NCBI GenBank assembly: GCA_015062345.1
Contig: SUUV01000004.1
Location: 8,298-72,297, forward strand
Length of the DNA: 64,000 nucleotides
Source: Alphaproteobacteria bacterium
Lineage (GTDB): Bacteria > Pseudomonadota > Alphaproteobacteria > RF32 > CAG-239
Direction: 5' to 3'
How positions within the stretch are numbered: position 1 is the stretch's first letter; each line of letters begins with the position of its first letter. Below, piece after piece: positions 8,403 to 19,257 of the stretch. Both the position numbers and the translations under genes were made by a program. The notes beneath the pieces are model-generated. The model did not search any database. It had not been told where the DNA came from and was given only the letters and a program-made list of their open reading frames with translations.

Positions 8403-9860
8403 TCAGTCGCACAATCTTTCGTTAGATTTCACCCTAACCATATAGTCTAATTTTGCGGTTGCGTTTGGTTTTAAGTTTATTTTCCATTCGTACAAATTGA
8501 TATTTTTAAGATTGCCTTTTATGTTTTCTTTAACAACTTGATAATCTTTTCCGATATGTTGTGCAAAAACAACCTCTGAACTTACATCTGAGCTGTTAAC
8601 AAACTCAACTTCCGCAGTATAATCTCTAATGATATCTCCATTATAACAACCGTTTCCGATAAGTTGATTTTTAGATTTTGAAACTTCTTTTACATCAACA
8701 ATTTTACCTTGAGCAAACACATCAAACATTTGTCCCAGTCTTAACTCAATTTTTTCTCCTTTGGCAGTGTTTGCAATGGTATTTTCGCCGATAAACTGCA
8801 TATTGTTTTGCGCATCGTTTTCATAAAACCGAATCGTACCGGCAGGGAGCACCAAATCCAAATTCGCTTCTTTGGTATTATCTAAAATGTAATATATATC
8901 AGGGTGCATTTTTTCAAACGATGCACTTTCCGTTCCGCTAAAGTACAATCTTGATGTTAAGCGACCTTGTTTTTTATATTTTACATCAAATTTTTCAAAC
9001 AGGCTGATTTGTTTGGTCTGATTGTTTTTTATATCGGTTCGGTTTGGCAAACTGTACAGTTGATATGAGCTTAAAGATTGAGGCGCAACTCCCGATTCTG
9101 CCATAGCATCTGTTTCAACTGCCGCTCCGAGAGCTTTGGTCATCATAATCCGATTAGTTCTTATCGGGCTTTCATATACCTGATTTACATCGCCGGCAAT
9201 TAAATCTATCTTGGCATTTTCATAATCTGCACCCGAGTTGTTGTTTATGGTTACCCAAGCCGTCAAATTCAGCAAATTTTCATTTTTTATCCGAGCTACA
9301 TAATTGGTTTTCCACGATATTGAACTTGTAAGATATGCAAGCTCAAGTTCTTGAGTTATTTCTTTATTGCTGTTGATTTTGGCGATTAAAGTCGGTTTTT
9401 CACGCAAATTTTGCGGTAATTTTTCAAAAACTAACCGGCCGTTAAAATCGGGCTCAATACCGTAATCAAATTCCAAAACCGGCTTAGCTCCGCTTGCACT
9501 TACAATTTTTGCCTTGTTAAAAATATTTTCGCCCGTTGTCGGATTTTGGGATATGGTTTTAACCGTTTCTCCAATCGATTTTTGTATGATATTTTCATTG
9601 GTTATCAAGTCATAATCATAATTTTGCTCCAAAACATTTATGTCCTTACCGACAATAATTACGCTTTCAGGCTTAATTTTGGTTGCCACTCCTTCAAATG
9701 CAACTTCGTTGTTACCTTGTCTCAATTTGGTTTTCATCAAATTTTTTACCAAAGCCAAATTATTGTTATAGATGCTTATTTGAGTATCTTTTATAGTATC
9801 TTGAGCATAGCTTTGAGCGGTTAAAAACAAACAACAAAGCAATAACATTTTAGCAAACAT
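8403..9860 (-). CDS. DUF4139 domain secreted protein
   Basis: Start MFAKMLL. Motifs SIYNNNLALVK, YLTSSISWKTNY, LTAWVTINNNSG, LPAGTIRFYE. Confidence 0.75.
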   Translation of the reverse strand: MFAKMLLLCCLFLTAQSYAQDTIKDTQISIYNNNLALVKNLMKTKLRQGNNEVAFEGVATKIKPESVIIVGKDINVLEQNYDYDLITNENIIQKSIGETVKTISQNPTTGENIFNKAKIVSASGAKPVLEFDYGIEPDFNGRLVFEKLPQNLREKPTLIAKINSNKEITQELELAYLTSSISWKTNYVARIKNENLLNLTAWVTINNNSGADYENAKIDLIAGDVNQVYESPIRTNRIMMTKALGAAVETDAMAESGVAPQSLSSYQLYSLPNRTDIKNNQTKQISLFEKFDVKYKKQGRLTSRLYFSGTESASFEKMHPDIYYILDNTKEANLDLVLPAGTIRFYENDAQNNMQFIGENTIANTAKGEKIELRLGQMFDVFAQGKIVDVKEVSKSKNQLIGNGCYNGDIIRDYTAEVEFVNSSDVSSEVVFAQHIGKDYQVVKENIKGNLKNINLYEWKINLKPNATAKLDYMVRVKSNERLCD

Positions 9861-10000
9861 TTTAATATCCCCTTTACAAACAACATTTTCATTTAAGGTA
9901 TTACACATAAAAGCATATTACAAGTTTTATCTTTTGTATGGTGGATTTTTATTTTCGGACCATTATATCTTATGCGAAACAACATTTTAGGGAGGAAATA

Positions 10001-10927
10001 ATGAAATATATAAGCTTAAACACCGGTGCCAAAATGCCCGTTATCGGCCTTGGTACTTTCAAATCCGGAGCAGGCGAAGTTTATCAGGCAATTCGTTGGG
10101 CCTTAAAGCTCGGATATAATCATTTTGACTGTGCCTCAATTTACGGCAATCAAGAAGAAATCGGACAAGCGTTTCACGATGCTTTCAAAGAAGACAATCT
10201 CAAACGAGAACAAATTTTTATCACTTCAAAACTCTGGAATGATTCTCACAATCCGCAAGATGTGTTACCGGCTTTAGAACAAACATTAAAAGAACTTCAA
10301 CTCGAATATCTTGATTTATGGTTGATGCACTGGCCTGTTGCTCAAAAAAAAGGCTCAGCAGTACCGCAAAATGAAGATGACCTGATTTCACTGTCAGAAC
10401 TTCCGTTAAGTGTTACTTATAAACAAATGGAAAATGCGCAAAAACAAGGACTTACCAAAGCAATCGGAGTTTCAAATTTTGGGCAAAAAAATTTGGAAAA
10501 CATAATCTCAGAATGCGAAATTGTTCCGGCTGTCAATCAAATAGAATCGCACCCGTATTTGGTGCAAACCGAACTTATAGATTTTTGCAAAAAAAATATG
10601 ATTACAGTTACCGCCTATTCTCCTTTAGGGGCGGGAGAACATATCGGCCAAGAAAATTTGCTTGAAGATAAAACCATTGTCGAAATTGCACAAAAACTTA
10701 ATATTACACCGGCTCAAGTTTTGTTAAGTTGGCAAATAAATCGTGATGTTGTTGTTATTCCAAAATCCGTACACGAAGCCAGACTAAAAGAAAACTTAAC
10801 AGCATTAAATGTTGCTCTAGACAGTGAAGATATGCAAAAAATTTCAAGTTTGAATAAAAATCATCGTTATATTGATGCCAAAGTTTTTGCATACAAAGAC
10901 TATACGCAAGATTCGATTTTTGCTTAA
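10001..10927 (+). CDS. Aldo/keto reductase
   Basis: GLGT, D..SIYGNQ, FITSKLWN, LDLWLMHWP, IGVSNF, NQIESHP, IPKSV; SD ggagg before the ATG at 10001. Confidence 0.92.
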   Translation: MKYISLNTGAKMPVIGLGTFKSGAGEVYQAIRWALKLGYNHFDCASIYGNQEEIGQAFHDAFKEDNLKREQIFITSKLWNDSHNPQDVLPALEQTLKELQLEYLDLWLMHWPVAQKKGSAVPQNEDDLISLSELPLSVTYKQMENAQKQGLTKAIGVSNFGQKNLENIISECEIVPAVNQIESHPYLVQTELIDFCKKNMITVTAYSPLGAGEHIGQENLLEDKTIVEIAQKLNITPAQVLLSWQINRDVVVIPKSVHEARLKENLTALNVALDSEDMQKISSLNKNHRYIDAKVFAYKDYTQDSIFA

Positions 10928-10995
10928 AAGTTTTAAGCACTTTTTAAGTTGTTTCAAGTTACTATCCTTTCAAGAGTTTTTGAAAGGATAGTGCT

Positions 10996-11268
10996 ATGAA
11001 ATTAATGTTTTATACGATACTGGTTGTAATTATTGCTTCGTTGTTAACTTGGTCAATCGGCAAAATTGAGCCCAAGCAACAATTTGAATATGTAAAATCA
11101 TATGCTTATGATATCAGCTCAAGCATATCATCAGGCATATCCGATTTGACATCAAGCGCTTCTAAGCTGAAAGACCGCTTAAAAGGTGAATATGATGTGG
11201 CTGCCGATGCTTATAAAGATTCTGTCATTGGAGAAGAAAAGCCAAAAACTTTCGGTTTTAAACCGTAA
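10996..11268 (+). CDS. Small hypothetical protein with N-terminal membrane anchor
   Basis: SD aagga, hydrophobic N-terminus, helical Ser-rich body. Confidence 0.6.
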   Translation: MKLMFYTILVVIIASLLTWSIGKIEPKQQFEYVKSYAYDISSSISSGISDLTSSASKLKDRLKGEYDVAADAYKDSVIGEEKPKTFGFKP

Positions 11269-11291
11269 TTTTCAATTATATTAAATAACAC

Positions 11292-11320
11292 TTGACAAAA
11301 TTGTAAATATAAGCTAAATT
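11292..11320 (+). promoter_or_regulatory. Sigma70-type promoter
   Basis: TTGACA-17 bp-TAAATT. Confidence 0.6.
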
Positions 11321-11360
11321 GCAGGCATTACAATATTATTAATTAACTAAATCAATCATT

Positions 11361-11732
11361 ATGAAAGACAAAATTTTTATTTGGCTCGGCCTGATATGTG
11401 TGGTCGTTGGCGGAATCGTTGCTCACAATGTTTCAAAATGGGCATTTTTGTTGATATTGGGACTTTATGTTCCTTTGTGTGTTTTTGCTACCGAAAGACA
11501 TGAAAATCGGACAATAGGTTTTTTTGTAGCATCATTGGCCACTTTGGTTGTAATGTTGCTCTTAAAACTGAATGCACACTATGCTTTTATGGCAATTCCC
11601 GCCGCAATGCTGGTCGGTTATGCTCTTATATCCGATAAAAATTGTCTATCAAGCATTGCAGTATGGATTTCCGCACTGATATGGGGTGCTTTGCTGTTTG
11701 TTGTAAGCAATTTGATGTACCTCTTGGTATAA
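11361..11732 (+). CDS. Hypothetical integral membrane protein (4-5 TM)
   Basis: Uniformly hydrophobic 123 aa ORF between a promoter and a terminator. Confidence 0.65.
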   Translation: MKDKIFIWLGLICVVVGGIVAHNVSKWAFLLILGLYVPLCVFATERHENRTIGFFVASLATLVVMLLLKLNAHYAFMAIPAAMLVGYALISDKNCLSSIAVWISALIWGALLFVVSNLMYLLV

Positions 11733-11774
11733 AAAACTTCAACCCGTCGACTTAGTCGTCGGGTTGAAGTTTTT
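11731..11774 (+). terminator. Intrinsic terminator
   Basis: AAAAAACTTCAACCCG...CGGGTTGAAGTTTTTT. Confidence 0.8.
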
Positions 11775-11993
11775 TAGGGGATGAAAAATCTAACTCCGGT
11801 ATTTTTGCCTTATGTAAGAAAAAATAATTTTTAAGTGAAAAGCTAAAATTCAGCAGATTAGACTTGATAAAAAGGAAAGCACAAGGGCATTCGAATATAA
11901 TTAAAAATTTTTTGCTGATGCAAAAATCAGCGGTGACTTGTTTATTAAAAATTTAAATACCATCACCCCAAAGATGACTAATTATCCACAATA

Positions 11994-12038
11994 GACTCTT
12001 TAAAATTGCAAAAAAAACCCCTCCGGTTTATGATGTGA
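11994..12038 (+). promoter_or_regulatory. Promoter related to the pilin-like family module, with a 17 bp spacer
   Basis: gactctttt...TTGCAA(12006-12011)-17 bp-TATGAT(12029-12034)gtga, sharing CGGTTTATGATGTGA with the five modules. Confidence 0.75.
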
Positions 12039-12066
12039 GCAAAATATAATATATGGAGTTAGTTTG

Positions 12067-12636
12067 ATGAAAAAAGTTTGTGAACTTGGAAGAAGTATGG
12101 TAGAAATGCTCGGTGTTTTGGCTATTATCGGAGTTTTATCGGTCGGTGGCATTGCAGGTTATTCAAAAGCCATGCTAAAACATAAAATAAACACAACATT
12201 AGATATTGTATCAGGTGTTATTGCAAAAATAACTGAGTTACAAGTATCCGATTCATTAACGGGTGACATAGATGTTGAAGACGCACCTAAAATAGGTCTT
12301 GACTGTGATTTATATTTTGATGAGCATTATAATGGTCATAAGTGCAAACTTCCTATTGGTGATTATGGCTTTGCGAGTTACACAAATGGTTCCACATATT
12401 TTAGTATATATCCTACAATTGACTTTGCTGTTGATATGTGTAATGCCTTTTTTACAAGCGGTATATATAAGCACTTACATTCTTATGAGTACATTAGAAT
12501 AGATGCTCCGGTTGATGCAGCGCTGTTTTCTCCGGAAGATATGATTAATATAAATATGTCACAAATAAGTAATACTTGCAAATCTACTTGTAGCAACCCA
12601 GAGGCCGTGTGTACGATAGATGTGTTTTTTCAATAA
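12067..12636 (+). CDS. Type IV prepilin-like protein
   Basis: G|RSMVEMLGVLAIIGVLSVGGIAGY class III signal (Glu at +5, hydrophobic helix); Cys-containing C-terminal domain. Confidence 0.75.
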   Translation: MKKVCELGRSMVEMLGVLAIIGVLSVGGIAGYSKAMLKHKINTTLDIVSGVIAKITELQVSDSLTGDIDVEDAPKIGLDCDLYFDEHYNGHKCKLPIGDYGFASYTNGSTYFSIYPTIDFAVDMCNAFFTSGIYKHLHSYEYIRIDAPVDAALFSPEDMININMSQISNTCKSTCSNPEAVCTIDVFFQ

Positions 12637-12651
12637 TCTGGTATTAAAAGT

Positions 12652-13104
12652 TTAGATGCTTAAACAATAGTGCAAAACGACAGCTATCAGGCAACCGAGG
12701 ATAAAACCTGCAATTACTTCATTTGGGGTATGTCCCAACAATTCTTTAAGTTGTGCCGACTTTGTTTTGATGTCAGACTTATAAAAATCTTTAATTATCT
12801 GGTTAACGATTCGGGCAATATCACCGGCATTTTTGCGTAATCCTGCGGCATCATGCATAACTACCAAAGCATATCCGCTGCTAAGGGCAAAAAACAACGA
12901 GTCAAAACCGGCAATCAGCCCCAATGATGTGGTTAAGGCACACACTCCGGCACTGTGAGAACTGGGCATTCCGCCGGTGCTTGACAACACGGTCATATCA
13001 ATTTGTTTGGTTTTAACATAGTGTGTCAAAATCTTTAAGGCCTGTGCGATAAAAACACCTAAAAGTCCGCTGATTATTGCTTCATATCCTGTATTAAGAA
13101 TCAT
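12652..13104 (-). CDS. Divergent PAP2 family (DUF212) membrane protein
   Basis: TGGMPSSHSA, VVMHDAAGLR, LKELLGHTP.EV motifs. Confidence 0.85.
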   Translation of the reverse strand: MILNTGYEAIISGLLGVFIAQALKILTHYVKTKQIDMTVLSSTGGMPSSHSAGVCALTTSLGLIAGFDSLFFALSSGYALVVMHDAAGLRKNAGDIARIVNQIIKDFYKSDIKTKSAQLKELLGHTPNEVIAGFILGCLIAVVLHYCLSI

Positions 13105-13198
13105 TTTTTCACCTCATAAAATTATGCTTTGAGAGAATAGCAAATTAAAAAATAATCAAAATGATATATACCAAGTTATAAACAAAAAACTTTTAACT

Positions 13199-15199
13199 TC
13201 AAATTTTAATGGCCGCTTTTTCCAACTCACGAAGTTTGTCACGATAAACCATTGCTTGCTCAAATTCCAGATTTAAGGCGGCTTCCTTCATCAACTTGGT
13301 ATATTCTCTGATTTTTTTATCAATATTTTTCAAATCGGCAACAGGTGTTTTTTCATCTTTTGCAAAATCAGTTTCGGTCATTTCTTTTAAGGTTGAAGAA
13401 ATGCTTTTTTTGATGGTTTGCGGGGTGATGTTATGCTCTAAGTTATATTTTATTTGTTTTTCACGACGACGATTTGTTTCATCTAAAGCCGCCTTTATGG
13501 ACATGGTAATTTTGTCGGCATATAAAATTACTTTGCCTTGTGCATTGCGGGCAGCTCTGCCGATGGTCTGAATCAGCGAACGGGCAGAACGCAAAAAACC
13601 TTCTTTGTCGGCATCTAAAATGGCCACCAGTGAACATTCCGGAATGTCCAAACCTTCTCGCAACAAATTAATTCCGACCAAGACATCAAAAACCCCTAAG
13701 CGCAAATCTCGTATAATTTCAATGCGCTCCAAAGTGTCAATATCAGAGTGCATATAACGAACTTTTATGCCGTTTTCATTCAAATATTCGGTTAAGTCTT
13801 CGGCCATTTTTTTGGTCAAAGTCGTCACCAACACTCTTTGACCTTGTTGCGCAATTTGTTTACACTGATGCATCAAATCATCAATCTGATTTTCAACCGG
13901 ACGAACTTCACAAACAGGGTCTATAAGTCCGGTAGGACGGATAATTTGTTCTGAAAACACACCTTGACTTTGTTCTAGCTCCCAATCTCCGGGTGTTGCT
14001 GAAACAAATATGGTTTGCGGACGCATTTTATCCCATTCTTCAAATTTTAAGGGCCGATTGTCCAAACATGAAGGTAGCCTGAAACCATAATCCGCAAGTG
14101 TGCTTTTGCGGTTAAAGTCACCTTTGTACATAGCTCCGATTTGCGGAACTGAAATGTGGCTTTCATCAATAAACAACAGCGCATTTTTTGGAAAATATTC
14201 AAACAAAGTGGGTGGTGGTTCGCCTTGCAAACGACCGGTTAGATATCTTGAATAGTTTTCAATGCCTTTGCAATGTCCTGTTGTTTCAAGCATTTCTAAA
14301 TCAAATCGGGTGCGTTGTTCAAGTCTTTGCGCTTCCAATAACTTATTTTGCGATTTTAATTCATCAAGTCTGAGTTTTAAATCGGCTCTGATGTGTGATA
14401 TGGCTTGCGAAAGAGCAGGGCGAGGGGTTACATAGTGGTTTGCCGGATAAACAATAATTTCTGATAAATCGGCTGTTTTTTTGCCGGTTAATGCATCAAA
14501 TTCGACAATGCTTTCGACTTCATCACCGAAAAAGCAAATTCTCCAGGCTCGGTCTTCATAGTGAGCCGGAAAAATGTCTAAAGTGTCGCCGTTTACCCTG
14601 AATGTGCTTCTGACAAAGTTTAACTGATTGCGTTCGTACAAAAGCTCGGTCAAATTGCGATAAATTTCTTGCGGCTCAATGATGTCACCGACTTTTATAC
14701 CAAAGGCCATCGAAGAATATGACTCCATGGAGCCTAAACCGTAAATGCAAGAAACCGAAGCCACAATGATAACATCGTTTTCTTCTAACACATTGCGAGT
14801 TGCACCATGACGCATACGGTCAATTTGCTCATTGATGGCAGAGTCTTTTTCGATATATGTGTCGGTTTTGGGAATGTAGGCTTCCGGCTGATAATAATCA
14901 TAATATGAAACAAAATATTCAACCCTGTTGTTAGGGAAAAACTCTTTCATTTCGGCATAAAGTTGTGCGGCTAAAATTTTGTTTGGAGCCATAATCAGAG
15001 CCGGTCTTTTGGCTTGTTCAATGATTTTTGCCATGGTAAAAGTTTTGCCCGAGCCGGTAACTCCGAGCAAGACCTGATTTTTAAGTCCGTTTTTTAAGCC
15101 GTCGCATAATTCTTTGATGGCCTGCGGTTGGTCACCTGAAGGCTCAAACGGACTTATTATTTTAAATTCTTTTTCTTTCATGGCATACAGTGTAATCAT
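13199..15199 (-). CDS. uvrB: Excinuclease ABC subunit B (start may be 15181)
   Basis: [40 protein letters not shown]-terminal UVR domain. Confidence 0.97.
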   Translation of the reverse strand: MITLYAMKEKEFKIISPFEPSGDQPQAIKELCDGLKNGLKNQVLLGVTGSGKTFTMAKIIEQAKRPALIMAPNKILAAQLYAEMKEFFPNNRVEYFVSYYDYYQPEAYIPKTDTYIEKDSAINEQIDRMRHGATRNVLEENDVIIVASVSCIYGLGSMESYSSMAFGIKVGDIIEPQEIYRNLTELLYERNQLNFVRSTFRVNGDTLDIFPAHYEDRAWRICFFGDEVESIVEFDALTGKKTADLSEIIVYPANHYVTPRPALSQAISHIRADLKLRLDELKSQNKLLEAQRLEQRTRFDLEMLETTGHCKGIENYSRYLTGRLQGEPPPTLFEYFPKNALLFIDESHISVPQIGAMYKGDFNRKSTLADYGFRLPSCLDNRPLKFEEWDKMRPQTIFVSATPGDWELEQSQGVFSEQIIRPTGLIDPVCEVRPVENQIDDLMHQCKQIAQQGQRVLVTTLTKKMAEDLTEYLNENGIKVRYMHSDIDTLERIEIIRDLRLGVFDVLVGINLLREGLDIPECSLVAILDADKEGFLRSARSLIQTIGRAARNAQGKVILYADKITMSIKAALDETNRRREKQIKYNLEHNITPQTIKKSISSTLKEMTETDFAKDEKTPVADLKNIDKKIREYTKLMKEAALNLEFEQAMVYRDKLRELEKAAIKI

Positions 15200-15299
15200 T
15201 TTTAAAAAAAAATAAATATTTTTTTCGTTTTAAAAACACAAGAACAAGAAAATATTAATAATTTCAAATTTATAATATAAAAAAAATTATCGGATATGT

Positions 15300-15956
15300 A
15301 TGATGAAACCAGACTATGCAGAGTTTTTGATATCGGAATATAAAAAAGCCGGATTAAAACCGGAAGTAGCTTGCATTGACCAAAAAAAATACATAATTCC
15401 TTGTTTTTATATTCAAAATTGTAAATTTCCGTTAAAGTCGTTTTTGACGGATTTTTTTGACTTTATGCGCAAAGATTATGTCTTATATAAGCGATATAAG
15501 AAAAAAGTTTGTTATATTGCTTGGTTTGACGGTAAGAAAAAGCGTCGATTGATTGTGCCCTTTGTCTATCGTAACAGCAAAATTTCGGCTTCGCAAATTG
15601 CCGATAAAATTTTTGAAAAAGCGGCCAGAAAATATAAAAAAGCAGTTGTAACGGCAACGAACTTGGCAAAATTTTATCCGAATATGGTTTTTGAACATAT
15701 GGTAAGCTCAAAAACCTTGTCCGAAATGCTCAAAGCCTTAAAATCCGTTCAGGTAAAACAAAATCGAACTATGGCAGTTTATATTACAGGAAAAGTAGGG
15801 GGATTCTTGTCTAAAAATCCGATGTTTGTGTTTGGTAATATATTTCATATTTCTGCTCCGTTGTTGCGGCAAAAGGCCAAAAAATGGGCTTTGAAAAAGG
15901 TTTTAAGTGCAACGGTTGCAAGCAGTGTATTTGTTGCACTAAATACCGATATTTAA
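15300..15956 (+). CDS. Hypothetical basic protein
   Basis: 218 aa Lys-rich ORF filling the gap; no recognised motif. Confidence 0.55.
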   Translation: MMKPDYAEFLISEYKKAGLKPEVACIDQKKYIIPCFYIQNCKFPLKSFLTDFFDFMRKDYVLYKRYKKKVCYIAWFDGKKKRRLIVPFVYRNSKISASQIADKIFEKAARKYKKAVVTATNLAKFYPNMVFEHMVSSKTLSEMLKALKSVQVKQNRTMAVYITGKVGGFLSKNPMFVFGNIFHISAPLLRQKAKKWALKKVLSATVASSVFVALNTDI

Positions 15957-16075
15957 AGTGTGTATAAGTTAGTTTTAATGTTGAATTTTTGGCAAAAAAG
16001 CACGACTATGAAGCCATACTACATTTTATGTAGTGATGGTATATTCACTATTAAACTAAAACAAAGGGTCTGAAT

Positions 16076-19000
16076 ATGAAATTTAACAAAACAATGCTTT
16101 TAGGAGCAACGGCATTGGTTGGTATGTTTAGTACAACTGATGTGGCAGCAAGTGTAAATAATTACATTGAAAGCGATGCTCAAACATATAATAATGATGT
16201 TGCAAAAAATCTGGATATTTTAGCAGTTGACGCAACCAGAACAGATAATAAAAGTTTTGGTGGTTATGCTTTTGTTAACAGAGGCGCAAGTTTAACTGTA
16301 ACCGGTTCAACATATGAAAATATTACATTTGACGGTTATGGTGCGGTTTTTGCAACCAGAACACCTAAATCCGGAATGTTAGCAACATTAAATGTCGATG
16401 GTACAACATTTAAAAACAATCATGCAAAATTAGATGGCGGTGCTATTGCCAACTATAATGCATTAACGATTACGGGTTCTGTTTTTGAAGGTAATACCGC
16501 TAATTTGGATTTGGAAAACGGAGCATACTCAAAAGTTGTAGATATGAGCACCAGTATCGGAGGCGGAGCCATCGCTTTAGGTGCGGTGTCTGATGCCAAA
16601 ATTGCTTCAATTACCGATACCAAGTTCATAAACAATATTTCGGGACGCTCCGGCGGTGCAATCGGTACTCGTTTAGGCAATGTGGCTGATAACTCGGGAG
16701 CAAAATTAAAAGTTTCTGCATATTTCAAAGGAAACCATGCTTTTCAAGATGGTGGTGCTTTGTATAACACATTCTATGCCGGAGAAAAAGGTGTAGAAGT
16801 TACAGGTGAGTTTGATGGCAATACTGCAGGTGTTTCCGGCGGTGCAATTTATAATGACGGTGCAAAAGATAAATCAGGAAATGTTGGCGGTAAAATGACC
16901 ATTACGGATTCTACTTTTACCGCAAATGAATCCGGTGTAGACGGCGGTGCCATTTTTAACACAGGTGATTTAAAAATCAGCTCATCTGTTTTTGATAAAA
17001 ATGTGGCTTCAATAGAAGGTGAAGGTTACGGCGGTGCTATCTTTTCAAACGCCAGAGGCCTTAATATAGATGGTACGGATTTTACCAATAATACCGCATA
17101 TTCAGGTGGTGCAATTTATGAATCGAGATATTCTGCTTATAGTAGTGACAATGCTAAAGGTATGGTTATTTCAGATGCTACATTTACAAGCAACCATGCG
17201 GCTGCAGACGGCGGTGCTATCGGTCTTAGCAAAAAAGCCACAATTACTGATGCCGTATTTACATCTAACACTGCAGGTTTGTCAGAAGGCGGAATAAGTG
17301 CTGCTTCAGATGCAAACGGCGGTGGTGCTGTTTATGTTGCACAATATGGACAAGCAACTTTATCAAATGTTAAATTTTATGATAATAAGTCAGGTGCTCA
17401 TGGTGGCGCTATCGGTGCAAGGCACAATGTTGCTGACGGAGGTTTCTTATCTTTAACCAATGCAATATTTGAGGGTAACAGTGCAACCAAAGAAGGTGGC
17501 GCTATTGCAAGTATTTATAATGGTTCTGTCAATATTGAAGATGCTACTTTTACAAATAATACGGCAGGTACAAATGGTGGTGCCATCTATATTGGTGTAG
17601 CTGACAACTTTGGCGGTTCAGACGGAAAATCTACACCTTCTACAGGTGGCGGTACTATCAATTTTTCAGGCTTGAATACATTTAGCGGTAACAGTGATGC
17701 CAAAGGTCTAAATGATATCTATAACGATGGTAGCATCAATGTTTTAAGCGGTGCTGAGCTTCAACTTGATGGCGGTATTTCAGGAACAGGTTCTATTGTT
17801 TTTGAAAGTGGTTCAAAGTTGCAAGTTAATGCTAATGAAACATTTATATCCAATGATGTTACCAACAACGGTGTTGAATTGAGCATGGTGTTTAAAAATG
17901 CTTATACCGGCCCATATGAAATGGTAACAGGAACAGTTACGGGTGCATTCGGTGATGTTGAAAACTCCTTGTATGACATCATTGAAACCGATGTTTTGGG
18001 TACATTTGAAATTTCTAAAAAATCCTCAGAAGAAATTGCTGAAAATACCGGTGCAAGCGGTAGTCAGGCGGAGGCTTTAGATGCAGTATTAAGCGGAACT
18101 TCCGAAAGCAACGAAAACTTTAATACTGCTGCCGATAACATTGTCGGAATGCTTCAAAACGAAGAAACAAAATCTGAAGGCTTGAAAGCATTAGATGCAA
18201 TGTCAGCTGAAGCCGCTCCGATTGTTAAAGCTTCTCAAACCAATTTGGTTAGCCAGATTCATGGTGTGGTTTCTACTCGTATGACAGGCGGAAACATCAA
18301 TGCCGGAAAAGGTAAATCATCAGGTGATTTGTTTGAAAATGCGGCTACTTGGGTACAAGGTATGATAAACCATACCAAGCTTGACGGTCAATTTGATACC
18401 GATACAAACGGTTTGGCATTTGGTTTTGAAAGACATGTAAACGATGAAATTAAAGTCGGTGTTGCTTATGCTTTGGCAAAAACCGTCATTGAAAGCTACA
18501 GTCGTGATACACAGGTTAAAACTCATTCTGCAATTGCATATGCCGAATATAAGCCTTCAAACTGGTTTGTAAATGGTATTTTGAGCTACAGTGTATCTGA
18601 TTATGAAGAAGATAAAGTTGTTGCCGGTGTAAACGGTGAGGCCGATTATAAAGCAACCAACATTTCAATTCAAGCTGTTACCGGTTATGAATATTTAACC
18701 AAACACGCACTTGTTACTCCGACTTTCGGATTGCGTTATATGAATATTGACCGTGACGGTTACACCGATGCATTGGGTACCAATGTTGACAGTAACAACA
18801 TGGATACATTAACTGCCGTGTTGGGTGTTAAATTCTCTGCAAACTATGTTGTAAGAGAAAAGACATACACTCCGGAACTTCGTATGGCTGTTACTTACGA
18901 TTTGATTCGTGATGATGACAATGCGCTTGTAACATTGGCAAATGGTGCCGCATACAGTGTTAATAACTCCGGCTTAAAGCGTTTTGCTTATGAGTTTGGT

Positions 19001-19117
19001 GCAGGCATTACAACCGCAATTAATGACGAATGGGAATTGAATGTTGCATATGAAGGTAAATTCCGTAAAGATTATCAGGATCATACCGGACTTATCAATG
19101 CTAAATTTCATTTCTAA
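16076..19117 (+). CDS. Autotransporter with Pmp-like GGA(I/L/V)/FxxN repeats
   Basis: Signal peptide, many FxxN..GGAI repeats, C-terminal beta-barrel ending AKFHF. Confidence 0.88.
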   Translation: MKFNKTMLLGATALVGMFSTTDVAASVNNYIESDAQTYNNDVAKNLDILAVDATRTDNKSFGGYAFVNRGASLTVTGSTYENITFDGYGAVFATRTPKSGMLATLNVDGTTFKNNHAKLDGGAIANYNALTITGSVFEGNTANLDLENGAYSKVVDMSTSIGGGAIALGAVSDAKIASITDTKFINNISGRSGGAIGTRLGNVADNSGAKLKVSAYFKGNHAFQDGGALYNTFYAGEKGVEVTGEFDGNTAGVSGGAIYNDGAKDKSGNVGGKMTITDSTFTANESGVDGGAIFNTGDLKISSSVFDKNVASIEGEGYGGAIFSNARGLNIDGTDFTNNTAYSGGAIYESRYSAYSSDNAKGMVISDATFTSNHAAADGGAIGLSKKATITDAVFTSNTAGLSEGGISAASDANGGGAVYVAQYGQATLSNVKFYDNKSGAHGGAIGARHNVADGGFLSLTNAIFEGNSATKEGGAIASIYNGSVNIEDATFTNNTAGTNGGAIYIGVADNFGGSDGKSTPSTGGGTINFSGLNTFSGNSDAKGLNDIYNDGSINVLSGAELQLDGGISGTGSIVFESGSKLQVNANETFISNDVTNNGVELSMVFKNAYTGPYEMVTGTVTGAFGDVENSLYDIIETDVLGTFEISKKSSEEIAENTGASGSQAEALDAVLSGTSESNENFNTAADNIVGMLQNEETKSEGLKALDAMSAEAAPIVKASQTNLVSQIHGVVSTRMTGGNINAGKGKSSGDLFENAATWVQGMINHTKLDGQFDTDTNGLAFGFERHVNDEIKVGVAYALAKTVIESYSRDTQVKTHSAIAYAEYKPSNWFVNGILSYSVSDYEEDKVVAGVNGEADYKATNISIQAVTGYEYLTKHALVTPTFGLRYMNIDRDGYTDALGTNVDSNNMDTLTAVLGVKFSANYVVREKTYTPELRMAVTYDLIRDDDNALVTLANGAAYSVNNSGLKRFAYEFGAGITTAINDEWELNVAYEGKFRKDYQDHTGLINAKFHF

Positions 19118-19133
19118 TTTGATTTAAGCATCA

Positions 19134-19175
19134 AAAAAACAGCTCTCGTATTGACAAATATGAGGGCTGTTTTTT
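19134..19175 (+). terminator. Intrinsic terminator
   Basis: AAAAAAACAGCTCTC...GAGGGCTGTTTTTTT. Confidence 0.75.
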
Positions 19176-19257
19176 TGTTCATCTTTGCTGTGATAACTTT
19201 GTAACAATGCTTGCAATCTGTGCTAAGAGTGTTAAAAATATGATATGGAGAACTGAT

